Of a stretch of DNA of 64,000 nucleotides, positions 42,196 to 53,265 are shown in pieces. The position numbers and the translations under genes are program-made. Source of the stretch: an uncultured Desulfobacter sp. (GTDB lineage Bacteria; Desulfobacterota; Desulfobacteria; Desulfobacterales; Desulfobacteraceae); assembly GCA_963665095.1 (NCBI GenBank), contig OY762069.1, forward strand, positions 3,296,001 through 3,360,000, given 5' to 3'. Under the pieces are notes generated by a model. It saw only the letters and a program-made list of their open reading frames with translations, did no database searches and had not been told where the DNA came from. The first letter of the stretch is position 1, and each line of letters opens with the position of its first letter.

Positions 42196-42721
42196 ATGGG
42201 CATGCCCGCTGCACGGAGTTCACGTGCCAATTCTTCTTTCCAGGTCCCGTCTTCATCGATACGGATATAAACGATACCATCGAAGTCTGAAGGAGTCTCC
42301 AAACCAGGACTAATCAAGGCGCAAACCCTTGGTTGCCCGAGATGGGCGAGAAAGTACCCAAGTTCAAGAATGACATTCTGACGTGCCCGGGGCTTCAATT
42401 TTTTGTCGTTTATACCTCCAATATCATCATCTGTCATAATAACAACAGCAAATGTAACGAGTTCAGCCTCTTCTATAAACTTTGTAAGAAGATGTCTTCC
42501 CATATTGGGTTGTTCGTGGAGAACTATTGGTTCTAAACCATGCGCTTTTAATTCACGAACAACTTCAATCCGAGCTGTATCATTTTGCCCGTGTACAACA
42601 AAGACTCGATTAGGCTCTCGATCACTAATTGATGTTTGTTTTGATCCTGGCGATAAGGATTCTACTCCTAAACCCTCGTGGTGATCTACTGCATCGTTAT
42701 TGTCGTCTCCATTTTCTTGAA

Positions 42722-45700
42722 TGTCAGGCGGGGCGTGAACATGTCATAAATCTCCCGGTTTAAAAATGTAGGCGATTAAAGGGCCGGCCTCCAGATGCAT
42801 GTAGACCGGCCTCGGCTTTGTTATTCTTCCGTCACATCTTTCATTCTAAAACTCTTACCCTCAATGACCACAGGCTCGGTGTGGTGAAGAAGCCTGTCCA
42901 GCAAAGCTGATGTTAATGTCATGTCATTGTTGAAGATCTCCGGCCAATCTTTGAACACCCGGTTTGTGGTTATTATGATGGCTCCTTGCTCATAGCGCTG
43001 ACTGATAATTTGGAACAACAGGTCTGCCCCAATCTTGTCAATGGGCAGGTAGCCCAGTTCATCCATGATCAACAAAGTTGGCTTGAGGTATTTTCTCAGT
43101 TCCTGCTTTAACTGACCCGCCTTCTGGGCTGCCACCAGATTGTTGACGATATCAATGGCAGAAGAGAACAGAACCGTATGGTTTTTCAGGCAGGCCTGGT
43201 AACCTAAAGCAGTCGCAATATGTGTTTTCCCAACACCGACCGGGCCGATCACGATAATGTTACCCTTTTCTTCAATGAACTTGAGTCTGAACAGATTCTG
43301 GATCTGAGCCTGATTGATTTTTCTGGGCCATGACCAGTTGAACTGGTCCAGGGTTTTGATTACCGGGAACTTGGCCATACGGATACGGCGCTGGATGGTT
43401 TTATCATGGCGCAGTAGTGATTCATGCCTGGCAAGCTCTGATAGATATTGAACGTGGCTCCATTGCTTCTGGGCAGCCAGGGTAGCCACTGACTCATAGT
43501 TTTCCCTGATATAAGGTAGTTTTAAGTGGGACAGGCATTTCTCAAGATCAGGCATTTTTATCTCCTATGGCGGTATAAATATTAAGATCAGGCTCCTGGA
43601 TTGTCAGGTTCAGTAAATCTGCTTTATGTGTAACATGCAGGGCTCCGGGCTCCTGGGGAGACCGAACCCGCTGCTCAAGGAGGTTGGCGATGTATTCACA
43701 TGAGAATGCAGAGAACTTAAAGGCATCTTCAATGGCCATGGCAACTTGTTCCCGGGAGTAGATTTCACTCAAGGCCACGATTTGCCGTACATGATGGGAG
43801 GCGTTAAGCCGCCTGTTCTGCAATTGCCTGTAATACTCCCGGGCCTTGTCAGAGAGGCTTAAAAAACGCATATAAATTGCCTGGTCTCTGGCCTTTTTGC
43901 GCTGGCTCAAAAGGATTTTAGAGTGATCAGGATCTTCAAGGTCGTTTTTGCGGCCATAGGATCTGACATGGCGGGCAACCAACTTGTCTTCATGGTAAAA
44001 GCAGATCCGATCAGGGTAAAGCTTGGCAGTCAAAGCCACCCCTGCCAGCTGGGCGGGTACTGTGTAAGCATTTGTATCGATGACTACCCTGTACTGTCTT
44101 GAAGCCCGTACCTGCTTTACCACACCGATATCATAGGGTTCTGACGGCAGAGGGTATAGGTGGGGCAATTCCAGGGCATACATCTCTGCGGGCTTTTGAC
44201 CGGTCTCTCCGTGGGTTCTGACATTGGCGACAGTATCAAGCCAGTGTTTGCAGGTGGGCTCCATGATCTTAAAATCAGGGATTTCAAGACCGTTGAGCAG
44301 ATTCTTTTTGACATAGCCCACAGCATTTTCAACCCGGCCTTTTTCATTACCCTTGCGCACATTACAGGGAACAATTGTAAATCCGTAATAATCTGCAAAA
44401 TCAAGGTATCTGGGGTTGAAGACCGGGGCTTTCCCCAGCAGTCTTTTTAGAACAGCGGATTTGAGATTGTCCACCATGACCTTTTCCGGCACCTTTCCAA
44501 AAAACTCAAATGCATTCTGGTGGCAGCCTAAAAAATGCTCCATGGTCTGGGAGACCGTGAACTCAACGTACATCATGCGGCTGTGGCACATCACCATCAC
44601 AAAAAAGCTCAACCGCCGGGTCGTGTTGCCCACCCTTACTGTACTATAAGAACCCCAGTCCACCTGGGCAGCTTCACCCGGAGCAAAACTCAGTTTCAAA
44701 TACGCCTTTGTTTTGGGCGGCCGCACCTTCCTGACATAATCCTCAACAATGGTGATGCCCCCGGCAAAACCATCCTGGGTGATTCGTTGAAATATCTGGC
44801 GGGAACTGTAGGGATGTTTTTCAAGCATATGCAGGATGGCGTTCTTATACGGATCAAGCTTGCTTTCTCTGGGGGCTGACTGTCTGGGCTGGTACCTTTT
44901 CAGGTTGGCCCACCTGGCAACTGTCCTGGGGTCCAGATCAAGGGCATTGGCAATCTGGCTGTATGTCAGGCCGTCTCGGGTAAAGTAATTTCTGATTTGA
45001 ACATAGGTTTCGTAATCAATCATGGTTGCCCTCCGCTGCTGCTTTTAGAATATCTGAAAGACGCAGCATGGAGCCGTGCCGTTTTGATTTACCAGGAGCA
45101 GGGTCAAGGGCAAGCACCTGGTAAATAGGTCTCTGCCAGGCAATCAGCCCATTCTGTATTAACCCGGAACGTGCTGTCTTCAGGCCATCAGAATCCATGC
45201 ACAGCCGATCCATGATCGCCTTATCTCCATAGTAGCTGATGCCTTGACTGTCGGCCACACACACCAGAAACAGATATAGGGCGGACTGGGAGTGTGTACA
45301 CCTGTCAATGTGCCGTTCACGCACCAGGCGATGATCGATCCAACTGAAGCTTTGGGGTGTTTTTCGAACCCTGGATGGTAAAATGGGGGCCTTTGCAATC
45401 ATTTTGCTCTCCTTCTTTTTGGGGTTGTGAACATAAAATGTCTTGCCCGTATTTTTTCATACGAAGGAGCGTGGAAGCGATGTCATCTTGTAACGCACTG
45501 CCTGTAAAGTTGGCGATTAACCCTATAATGACAGGAGGTTGCGCCCGTAAGAAATCTTGTAACGCATTGTCCATGAATTGCGTTGAATCCTGTTTATTTT
45601 CAGCCTGTTGGGGCAATATCGAGTCTTGTAACGTATCTGGGCTTTTGGTCTTCTTCCAATATCCGGGATTCTTCTTTCTCCATTCCTGAACACGTTCAAC

Positions 45701-46073
45701 ATGGGCAGGCCCACAAAAGTAGTTTCGATTTTCAGGCTTGTTCAGCCATTTTTTCTGGCTGCACCTTTTGCTGGCTTTTCTGCACTCAGATCTGGAACAG
45801 TATTTTTGAGAGTCTATATTTCTTGGATTAGGAGCGAATAATCTTCTACAATTTCGGCACCTTCTTTTCTTGAGTAGTCCCATCTACATATTGCCTCCGA
45901 TTCAAATCAGACATGAATAAGATCAGTATGTACGGAAAAAAGCATAGGGCAAAGAAAGGAAAAAAATGAAGAAGACGAAATTTTTAAATTTGATTTTTAA
46001 GAGAAGAAAAACCAGCTAAGAACATACATTTTCAAACCGGGGATTTGGCTGCATTTTCAAGACGGCCCTGACA
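42722..46073 (-). mobile_element. IS21-family element, copy 2 (istB 42821-43555, istA 43548-45023, extra ORFs 45016-45402 and 45317-45883)
   Basis: Near-identical to 9565-12916; 7-bp duplication TCTTGAA. Confidence 0.93.
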
Positions 46074-46775
46074 TCTTGAAGGGCATTTCGCACAATGAAT
46101 GCTTGAAAGAGTGAATTCTCAGCAGTAACAGCTTGTGGGTTATCTAAGGCAAACTTGATAATAGCATTTGCTCTATCCCGACGGCTCCCAATACTGCGAC
46201 CAGCGTCTAATCCTTCCACTCCAGCCTCTAAAAGGAAGTCGTCTATTTCGGTGTGCCCCCAATCACCTATTTCATTCCGGCTTTGCAATAGTTTTTGGCG
46301 GCTTGGGGTAGGTAGTGGAATGTTTTTAAACCTTGATATGGCGGTATCGGTAAATGCATAGTCTGCACTATGTAAAATAGAAAATAAGTCGCAATCTTTT
46401 ACAGCCCAATGATTTCGACTGAATTCGAAATCTGCAATATCTAAATCATGCCGGAGTTTCCATATAGCATCGTTAACTAAAGAGATATTTGGGTCAAATT
46501 TAGAGACAACGAAACTAATGCTCCGTGCATTAGCATTAATAGTGTTTATCTGAACGACATGCACTACCTCATCGCCACGCCCTTCCTGCATCAGAATACA
46601 GGGCCAGGATTTTAGACAGTGTATCGACTCAGTCGATAAATTCCCCAACTGATCTTTGATAGAGCTACTTGTATATTCCAGAAATCTACTTCGGTCGATT
46701 TCGATCTTGGGTTTGAAGACATCTTCTACTAATCCAGAAACAATAATGCTGTACATAGATTATCGTCTTTCCTTA

Positions 46776-47951
46776 TTAAAGATTTTTATAATAGCTTTTC
46801 CATTTATCAAAAGATAAATTCTCGCCAATTGTATCGATTTGTGATGTGGGCTCTTCTCTATGTTTCAATGCAAGTGCCTCTGTAGTTACCCTCAGTTTTG
46901 ACATTTGCATTGCATGCCCAACAAAAAAACCTTCGAATTTGCCATTATTTTTTGAATCCCACGTTTGTTTTATTTCTTCATCTGTTAAATCTTTTTGAGA
47001 ATTATAGTAGTTGATCAAATCTTGATATTGCCCCTTTTTCTTTGAATACCCATAGAAGTGTTTGTAGTCTTTTTTTGAAATAGACCTCTTAATAATTCCC
47101 CCACCCATTTCATCTATGAATAATCCTACAGGATAATTGAATCCAAATTTTTTTTGAACATTTACTGGATGGAATAACATGGGGAAATTTATGTAATACA
47201 TCCAAAGTATAGGCTCAATTATCATTGATAATTTGTAGGGGAAGAAAAGACCTTCCAAGCTCTGCTCGGGGACAGATGAACATCCCATGTGTTTAGGGGA
47301 ATACATCGGTTGATAAGGATGTGCTGATGTTTTAGAAAGACCGTCTAAGTGTAGTTGTAATCGTTTTTTCACTGGTTTGCTAAAGCTATCAGATGGTAAG
47401 CAACCTTTGAGAATAGTTGCCCATTTTGGGTTAAACTTATTCTTAAAATACTCTTCAATAGTTGTATAGCTGCCTTCATTCTCGATTTTTCTGTATGAGT
47501 AATTTTGAAGCAGTGAAAATTCTAAAAAGAGTCTTAACAATAGCCCTATCGAGGCCGAAAATCCATTTAGGCCACATAAAATAGCCTCGATAAGTAAGTA
47601 TTTTGCTTCGTAATAAAAATACCATCGCCTGAAAATAGTTGACGCATCGCCTCCTTCATGGAATGAGGCAGAAAACATATCTTGGACTGTTAAATAAGCA
47701 AACAATTTCCACTTAAAATCAATCCAATAGATGTTAAGTATTTTGTCATCCTCAAGTACTTCAAGACTTTTTTTTGCTATACTTGATAAATTCGATTTTT
47801 GTAGAGATAGAATGGCTTCAATGCTACCAGGATCTTTCATCGTGGACGGATTTTTAATGCAGATATAAGTAGACGCAACTTTTCGGTGAGAGGCCATTTT
47901 ATTTATAAGCTCATCTAAAAAGTTTGTATCTGAATTGTCAGTTTTATTCAT
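46776..47951 (-). CDS. Hypothetical cassette protein, possibly HEPN/DUF5677-like
   Basis: 391-aa AT-rich ORF directly after an attC core; LLRLFLE and LS-x4-HP patterns (family call weak). Confidence 0.65.
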   Translation of the reverse strand: MNKTDNSDTNFLDELINKMASHRKVASTYICIKNPSTMKDPGSIEAILSLQKSNLSSIAKKSLEVLEDDKILNIYWIDFKWKLFAYLTVQDMFSASFHEGGDASTIFRRWYFYYEAKYLLIEAILCGLNGFSASIGLLLRLFLEFSLLQNYSYRKIENEGSYTTIEEYFKNKFNPKWATILKGCLPSDSFSKPVKKRLQLHLDGLSKTSAHPYQPMYSPKHMGCSSVPEQSLEGLFFPYKLSMIIEPILWMYYINFPMLFHPVNVQKKFGFNYPVGLFIDEMGGGIIKRSISKKDYKHFYGYSKKKGQYQDLINYYNSQKDLTDEEIKQTWDSKNNGKFEGFFVGHAMQMSKLRVTTEALALKHREEPTSQIDTIGENLSFDKWKSYYKNL

Positions 47952-47957
47952 ATCATT

Positions 47958-48019
47958 ACAGAACGGGCTGTTCAGGGGCGGCGAGGTACGAGCCGTCCAC
48001 TACAACAGCAATGTTATAT
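47958..48019 (-). other. attC site
   Basis: ATATAAC...CTGTTGTAGTGGACGGCTCGTACCTCGCCGCCCCTGAACAG...GTTCTGT, 62 bp. Confidence 0.85.
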
Positions 48020-48631
48020 GCATTTTATGCCAAATTCCCTTTCCATTGCCGCACGAGTCATTACGATACTTTTTTGATCACGAGCCCCTTCTTTGTAGCT
48101 GACAACGAAAAATTTTTCTTTGCTTAACCAATCTTGGCTATATTCTAATCGAGCGGAACAGTGCTCAAAAAATAAAATATTTTCATATGCATCTTTAAGC
48201 GTGCAACTCTCCTCAAAGTATTTGGATATAATCTGTTTCATATCCGTCAAACAGGCTGCTATTTTGGGACCTAACCATTTGATTAAAGAAATTTCATCAT
48301 GAATGGCACCAATATTAAACAAGCCGTCTGAAATTTTTTTTTGTAATTTTGCCAAAACATGGACCGTATCATGTTTTGTCGTTTTTTTTATTATATCTTC
48401 ATCCTTTTTTAAAGCAGATGAATATATATTTTGTCCCATGAAAAAACTGTAAATGTCTTCAGAAACATTTATTACAGACTTGCCTTTCCATCCTTCAGCT
48501 TCTGAGGCCATTAATAATGGGGATTTTTCAAGAGCAGGATCAGTCCACAAACGAAGTCGGAAAATTAACTCTTCAGGCGTTTTATAGTAATCTATCGAAT
48601 CATAGCTGAGTTTCATGTTTGTATATACCAT
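48014..48631 (-). CDS. Hypothetical cassette protein
   Basis: Lies between core GTTATAT (48636) and complementary ATATAAC containing its stop. Confidence 0.7.
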   Translation of the reverse strand: MVYTNMKLSYDSIDYYKTPEELIFRLRLWTDPALEKSPLLMASEAEGWKGKSVINVSEDIYSFFMGQNIYSSALKKDEDIIKKTTKHDTVHVLAKLQKKISDGLFNIGAIHDEISLIKWLGPKIAACLTDMKQIISKYFEESCTLKDAYENILFFEHCSARLEYSQDWLSKEKFFVVSYKEGARDQKSIVMTRAAMEREFGIKCI

Positions 48632-48752
48632 ATAACGGGGAGCTAATCCGCCGGGAAAGTAAAGGCGACAAACCCTCAAAAACAAGGACTTTGGTTAAAT
48701 TTACACCGTTTCAAAGCGGCTCAGTTTTCCCGGTCGGGTTCAGCGCTTTTGT
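48630..48752 (-). other. attC site interrupted by the group II intron (remainder TAGCA at 50664-50668)
   Basis: Dyad GCTAATCCGCCGGGAAA...TTTCCCGGTCGGGTTCAGC; restored TTTTGT|TAGCA. Confidence 0.88.
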
Positions 48753-50663
48753 GTGTGCCGGGCACGGCACGTGTTCTTAAAAGTGAGTCAAACGTAAACG
48801 ATTTCAATGCGTTTGGCAAGTCTTAGGCCCAGCCGGATGGAGGCGAAGGGTGTAGTGGTAGTGCAACGGGGTACCGGTGACGGTGCTTCGGAAGGAAGCC
48901 GCCTTGCTGAGGCAAGGTACCGCAAAAGTACGGGATGACGTACAGGAATCGGATATAAGGCGCACATACCGGGACGAGCCTGCACAACAAGGTGAAGTCC
49001 TCTATCCATTACAGGGTATGTCCGTAAATCCGGCATTCACGTACTGAAAGACACGTGTTTACCCCGGGAGATCTCCCATGTGCCGTAACGGCTGAGGGGC
49101 GGGTAACCGACTCTGACCGCATGGGAGAAGTCAGCAGAAGGCATAGTAGGCGGAGGAAACGAGCCCTGCAAACCAGGGAGGACTCACCCCGGTGAAGGCC
49201 TGAACGGTGCCCGGGCCGAATGGTCCGGGTAAATGATAACGACAAATAGGAGATGTGTACTTGTGAACAGATCGCCACAGCAGATGGAACTGTTTCCAGC
49301 GTCACAAATTGCCGAACGTCTGGGAAACAATGCCCGGTTAATGGAGATGATCCTTGAACGCAACAACATTATCCTGGCATGGAAACATGTCTGTGCAAAC
49401 AAGGGTGCCCCTGGGGTGGATGGTATGAAAACCAGCCAGCTTGGCAGCTACCTTGCAAAGCACTGGCATGAAATCAAACAAGACCTGCTTAACGGCAGGC
49501 ACAAACCGCTACCGGTTAAAAGGAAGGAAATCCCCAAACCAGACGGCGGAATCCGTTTACTTGGAATACCCACGGTGCTTGACCGGTTTATTCAACAGGC
49601 CATATCCCAGGTCCTGGAACAGATCTGGGACCCCTTTTTCTCTGAACACAGTTATGGGTTCAGGCCCGGCAGATCCGCACACGATGCGGTAATGCAGGGT
49701 AAAAGGTACATGGTTGAAGGTTATACCTATGTCGTTGATATGGACCTGTCGAAATTTTTTGACCGAGTTTCGCACGACCGCCTGATGAGCAGACTCGCCA
49801 GAAGAATAAAAGATAAGCGCGTATTGAAGGTAATACGACAATATCTGAGGTCTGGTGTGCTGGTCTCGGGCGTCACGGTGCCTACAGAAGAAGGGACTCC
49901 CCAGGGAGGTCCTCTTTCTCCGCTGCTGTCCAATATTGTCCTGGATGAACTGGATAAAGAGTTGGAGAAACGAGGCCACCGGTATGTTCGGTATGCCGAT
50001 GATTTTATGATTTTCTGCAAAAGCCGCAAGGCTGCCGAAAGGGTTATGGAGAGTATCACCCGGTTTCTGACGGTGAAACTCAAGCTCAAAGTAAACCAGG
50101 AGAAAAGTGCTGTCAGCAGACCCTGGCTGAGCAAATTCTTAGGATTCACATATTTTCAAATGTGTGGGCAGTCCAAGATCCGGATTCACGCCAAGAGCAT
50201 GAAACGGTTCAAGGACAAGGTCCGGGAATTAACCAGCCGTAAACGGGGCAAAAGCCTGTGGCAGGTGATTCAGGACTTGAACCAGTACATTCGTGGATGG
50301 TGGGGTTATTTCCGGCTCACGGAAACCCTCTATTTTCTGAAAGAACTCAAGGTCTGGATACTGCGACGGCTGAGAAGTCTTGTCTGGAAACAATGGAAAA
50401 ACCCTGGAACCAGGGTTCGTAACCTGGAAAAACTTGGTATTTCGCATGGGGACGCCATGCTTTGCGGTAACGCCCGTAAAAAGTACTGGCACATGAGCAA
50501 AATCAAGTGGGTGGCCATTGCCATGCCTGAAATGTATTTTGTCAAAAAAGGATTATATCTGCCCGGGAACTGATTTCCGAAATCAGCCGAACCGCCTTGG
50601 TACGTGATCCGTATGCCGGGTGGTGTGGGAGGGCTCCTCAGTGATGGGGAGTCCTATCCCGAT
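48753..50663 (+). mobile_element. Group IIC-attC intron
   Basis: 5' GTGTG, domain V GAACCGCC...GTGGTGTGG at ~50589-50628, 3' end CCTATCCCGAT; inserted after TTGT of the attC R'' box, antisense to the cassettes. Confidence 0.92.
49233..50573 (+). CDS. ltrA: Group II intron reverse transcriptase/maturase without endonuclease domain
   Basis: GAPGVDG, RLLGIP, GTPQGGPLSPLL, YADD, FLGF, NQYIRGW. Confidence 0.95.
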   Translation: MITTNRRCVLVNRSPQQMELFPASQIAERLGNNARLMEMILERNNIILAWKHVCANKGAPGVDGMKTSQLGSYLAKHWHEIKQDLLNGRHKPLPVKRKEIPKPDGGIRLLGIPTVLDRFIQQAISQVLEQIWDPFFSEHSYGFRPGRSAHDAVMQGKRYMVEGYTYVVDMDLSKFFDRVSHDRLMSRLARRIKDKRVLKVIRQYLRSGVLVSGVTVPTEEGTPQGGPLSPLLSNIVLDELDKELEKRGHRYVRYADDFMIFCKSRKAAERVMESITRFLTVKLKLKVNQEKSAVSRPWLSKFLGFTYFQMCGQSKIRIHAKSMKRFKDKVRELTSRKRGKSLWQVIQDLNQYIRGWWGYFRLTETLYFLKELKVWILRRLRSLVWKQWKNPGTRVRNLEKLGISHGDAMLCGNARKKYWHMSKIKWVAIAMPEMYFVKKGLYLPGN

Positions 50664-51519
50664 TAGCAGTATTTTCGCCGTCGTTTCTGAACACAAGTCT
50701 AAATTTAGGCAAGAATTTAACTTCCCCTTCGGAGCCTTTTTCGATTATTTCATCATATTTTTCAGGTCTCGACTCGACTTGAGTTAACTCTTCCTCATCA
50801 TAATCTGCCTTAGATGTGTCAAGCGGAACCCATCCCATGTCCTTTTCAATATCAGCCATAGAATATTTTCTCATATTGGATAACTGATTATTCATCAATG
50901 TCGGAAACACTTTTTCAAAAATTTTTCTTTTATCTGCCTCTTCAATGCAAAACGGAATAAACCATGGAATTGCTTGCTTTGGATGTAAATCATGAAACTT
51001 GGGGATGACCCACCGTTTTTCTCCATGTTTGTCTGTTCTTTTGAATGCGTACCTTTTCAATAAATATTCGGCGTCAATTAAGGTGCATCCAAAATCAGGA
51101 CTTGAGCAAGAAATTCCCTTTATATCTCCCAAAAATGAAAAATCTGGTGAAAAATTATAAAGGAGATAAAAAGGCTCACCTCCTTTAGATCTTGCATAAC
51201 TAATGAGGTCATTTATTTGATTACCATGTTCCATTTTTGGGTAAGTCTGACTTTTATAAACGATTTTTGATTGAATCGGAAAAAATAAAAATCCGTCTTT
51301 TGTTTGGACAAATAACTCAATATCATTCCCATTCGTTTTTTCATTCGTAGCTTCAAAAATAGATATCATTGATTTGGAACTATTACGATTGATCTCATAT
51401 ATTAAATTTTGGGTTATCGTAACTTCAAATATTTTCAATCCATATCGACTTCTCGAAAATTGAATTCTATCCCAAGTGTCTCTGGATAATTCTCGCAGTA
51501 ACCTGCACTGTTCTGCCAT
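50638..51519 (-). CDS. DUF6615-like PD-(D/E)xK nuclease-fold cassette protein (3' end now runs into the intron)
   Basis: EVTIT, EKTNGNDIE, IQSK, YLLYN; ATG 51519 after AAGGA. Confidence 0.65.
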   Translation of the reverse strand: MAEQCRLLRELSRDTWDRIQFSRSRYGLKIFEVTITQNLIYEINRNSSKSMISIFEATNEKTNGNDIELFVQTKDGFLFFPIQSKIVYKSQTYPKMEHGNQINDLISYARSKGGEPFYLLYNFSPDFSFLGDIKGISCSSPDFGCTLIDAEYLLKRYAFKRTDKHGEKRWVIPKFHDLHPKQAIPWFIPFCIEEADKRKIFEKVFPTLMNNQLSNMRKYSMADIEKDMGWVPLDTSKADYDEEELTQVESRPEKYDEIIEKGSEGEVKFLPKFRLVFRNDGENTANRDRTPHH

Positions 51520-51528
51520 ATTTTTCCT

Positions 51529-51586
51529 TGCTAACGTTGAATTCACCGGCGAGCTTCAGCGAGTCCGGTGCAATGACTGGTTAGCT
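51529..51586 (-). other. attC site of the first cassette
   Basis: AGCTAAC...CATTGCACCGGACTCGCTGAAGCTCGCCGGTGAAT...GTTAGCA, 58 bp. Confidence 0.9.
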
Positions 51587-52168
51587 TATTGTTTTTATAT
51601 ATTTTTTTGCTTTTTTCAGTTTCCATGTTTCATTAATTATAAAAATAAATAATCCTACATACAGGAACCTGATCACCACATTTTCAATCATGGTTAACTC
51701 TTTGCCATGAGAAAAAATATTTGGGTAGAAAAGTCCTATGATGCTTAATGTAACGGAAAATAGAAAATATATTCTAAAAAAATATTTCCATAATTTGTTG
51801 TCATTATCAAACAACTTGTCTGGAATAATCAAACCATTATATATTTTTATGTTTCGTTTATATGTTTTTACAACTTGTATTGTTTTTTTGGGAGTTGTGG
51901 AGTTTAAACATGCCTTCATTGTTTCGAAGTCAAAATTACAATTATAAAAAGCATTGAATTTTTCAAGGGAACTTAATTCTAGTATGGATTCTTTTTGATT
52001 TGACAGAGATGTTGGTAAATTGTTAACAATACTGTCAAGAATTTCAATATTTCTTTTTTTTCGTTCAATTTTTGTGTCAATGCGATTGACAAAAAATTTT
52101 AAATACCCCCAAATAGCAGCGATGCTGATACCTGCAGATTTTAGTATTTCAATTACTTGTTCGTTCAT
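51581..52168 (-). CDS. First cassette: AT-rich membrane protein of unknown function
   Basis: Three hydrophobic segments; bounded by GTTAGCT and AGCTAAC. Confidence 0.75.
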   Translation of the reverse strand: MNEQVIEILKSAGISIAAIWGYLKFFVNRIDTKIERKKRNIEILDSIVNNLPTSLSNQKESILELSSLEKFNAFYNCNFDFETMKACLNSTTPKKTIQVVKTYKRNIKIYNGLIIPDKLFDNDNKLWKYFFRIYFLFSVTLSIIGLFYPNIFSHGKELTMIENVVIRFLYVGLFIFIINETWKLKKAKKYIKTIS

Positions 52169-52179
52169 ATTTTTTGAAA

Positions 52180-52220
52180 AGCTAACAATATAATGTGTGG
52201 TTCTGTATATCCTTCAAATT
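52180..52220 (-). other. attI site (crossover G|TTAGCT at 52186/52185)
   Basis: Core site complementary to the first cassette's R'', no hairpin, immediately upstream of intI; outer limit approximate. Confidence 0.75.
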
Positions 52221-52221
52221 A

Positions 52222-52258
52222 TTTATAATTTGACCGGATAGGCAAAGTCAAGTATCAT
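52222..52258. promoter_or_regulatory. Overlapping divergent promoters: Pc (-) and Pint (+)
   Basis: Minus TTGACT-18-TATAAA (52251-52222); plus TTGACC-17-TATCAT (52230-52258). Confidence 0.55.
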
Positions 52259-53265
52259 TTACCTAACTGGATAACACCCGAACCTTAACGTTATCAAAGT
52301 TTGATATCATGCTAAAAGTCCCACCAGCCCTAATCGCAAAATATGACCGGCTGCTGGTTAACAGCGAAGCGCAGCCAAAAGAATACCCTGCCTATCGAAA
52401 ATGGCTCAGGTACTATCTTGATTTTTGCAAAAAATATGATCATGAATATGCAGACTCCGAAAGCTTGTTGCTTTATATTGATAAGCTGAAATCAAAGAAG
52501 CAGAATTTGTTTCAGCAAAATCAGGCCCAAAAGGCAGTAAAGCTATACTATGCAGGACTGGAAAAACAAACACAAATCTTTGCCCATAACCATCCTGAGT
52601 CCATTCCCGAGATTCAAGAGGGGGCAAATCCTTTCTGCACAGGCAATGAAAACGATCTCTGGGATCGATCCATACAATTATTAAAAAATGAAATACTGGT
52701 CCGTCATTATTCAAAAAAGACCTTGAAATCTTATTCATTGTGGGCTGAAAAACTACGCTATTTTGTCAAAGGGAAAAAACCTGAAACTTTGAACGTTGAA
52801 GATGTGAAGGGTTTTCTGACATTCCTTGCTGTAAAGAAAAAGGTTTCAGCGTCTTCCCAAAACCAGGCGTTTAATGCTTTGTTATTTTATTTCAGGCATG
52901 TATTGAAAAAAGAATTCGGTAAGGTGGACGGGGTAGTCAGGGCCAAAAGGAGACCGTATGTGCCTGTGGTGCTGTCCAGGGAAGAGGTTGATCGGGTTAT
53001 TAACTGTCTGGAATACCCTATGATCTGGTAGTGAAGCTTTTGTACGGATGCGGTCTGCGTTTGGCGGAATGCATGAAGTTGAGAATAAAGGATTTTAATT
53101 TCGATCATAACCTGATCACCATCCACGATGGGAAAGGTAAAAAGGACAGGACCGTTCCAATACCGGAGACAGTCCGAGGGGAACTTGAACGGCAAATCAG
53201 TCATGTCGTTGATGTCCACGAGGATGATCTTAAAGAGGGGTTCTCTGGGGTTTTTATGCCCAATC

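Larger units (their letters stand above)
39086..46756 (-). pseudogene. ~402-aa protein with C-terminal TIR-like nucleotide-binding (CAP12/Pycsar-type) domain, split by IS21 and transposon A
   Basis: Segments 46756-46074, 42714-42196, 39092-39086 join in frame; VFVVHG, EPIVLHEQPN, RARQNVILELGYF, PSDFDG. Confidence 0.85.

Noticed and set aside
48632..48685. N-terminal extensions of ORFs 48014-48685 and 50638-51546
   Set aside because: They start inside attC sites; the plausible starts are within the cassettes (48631 and 51519).
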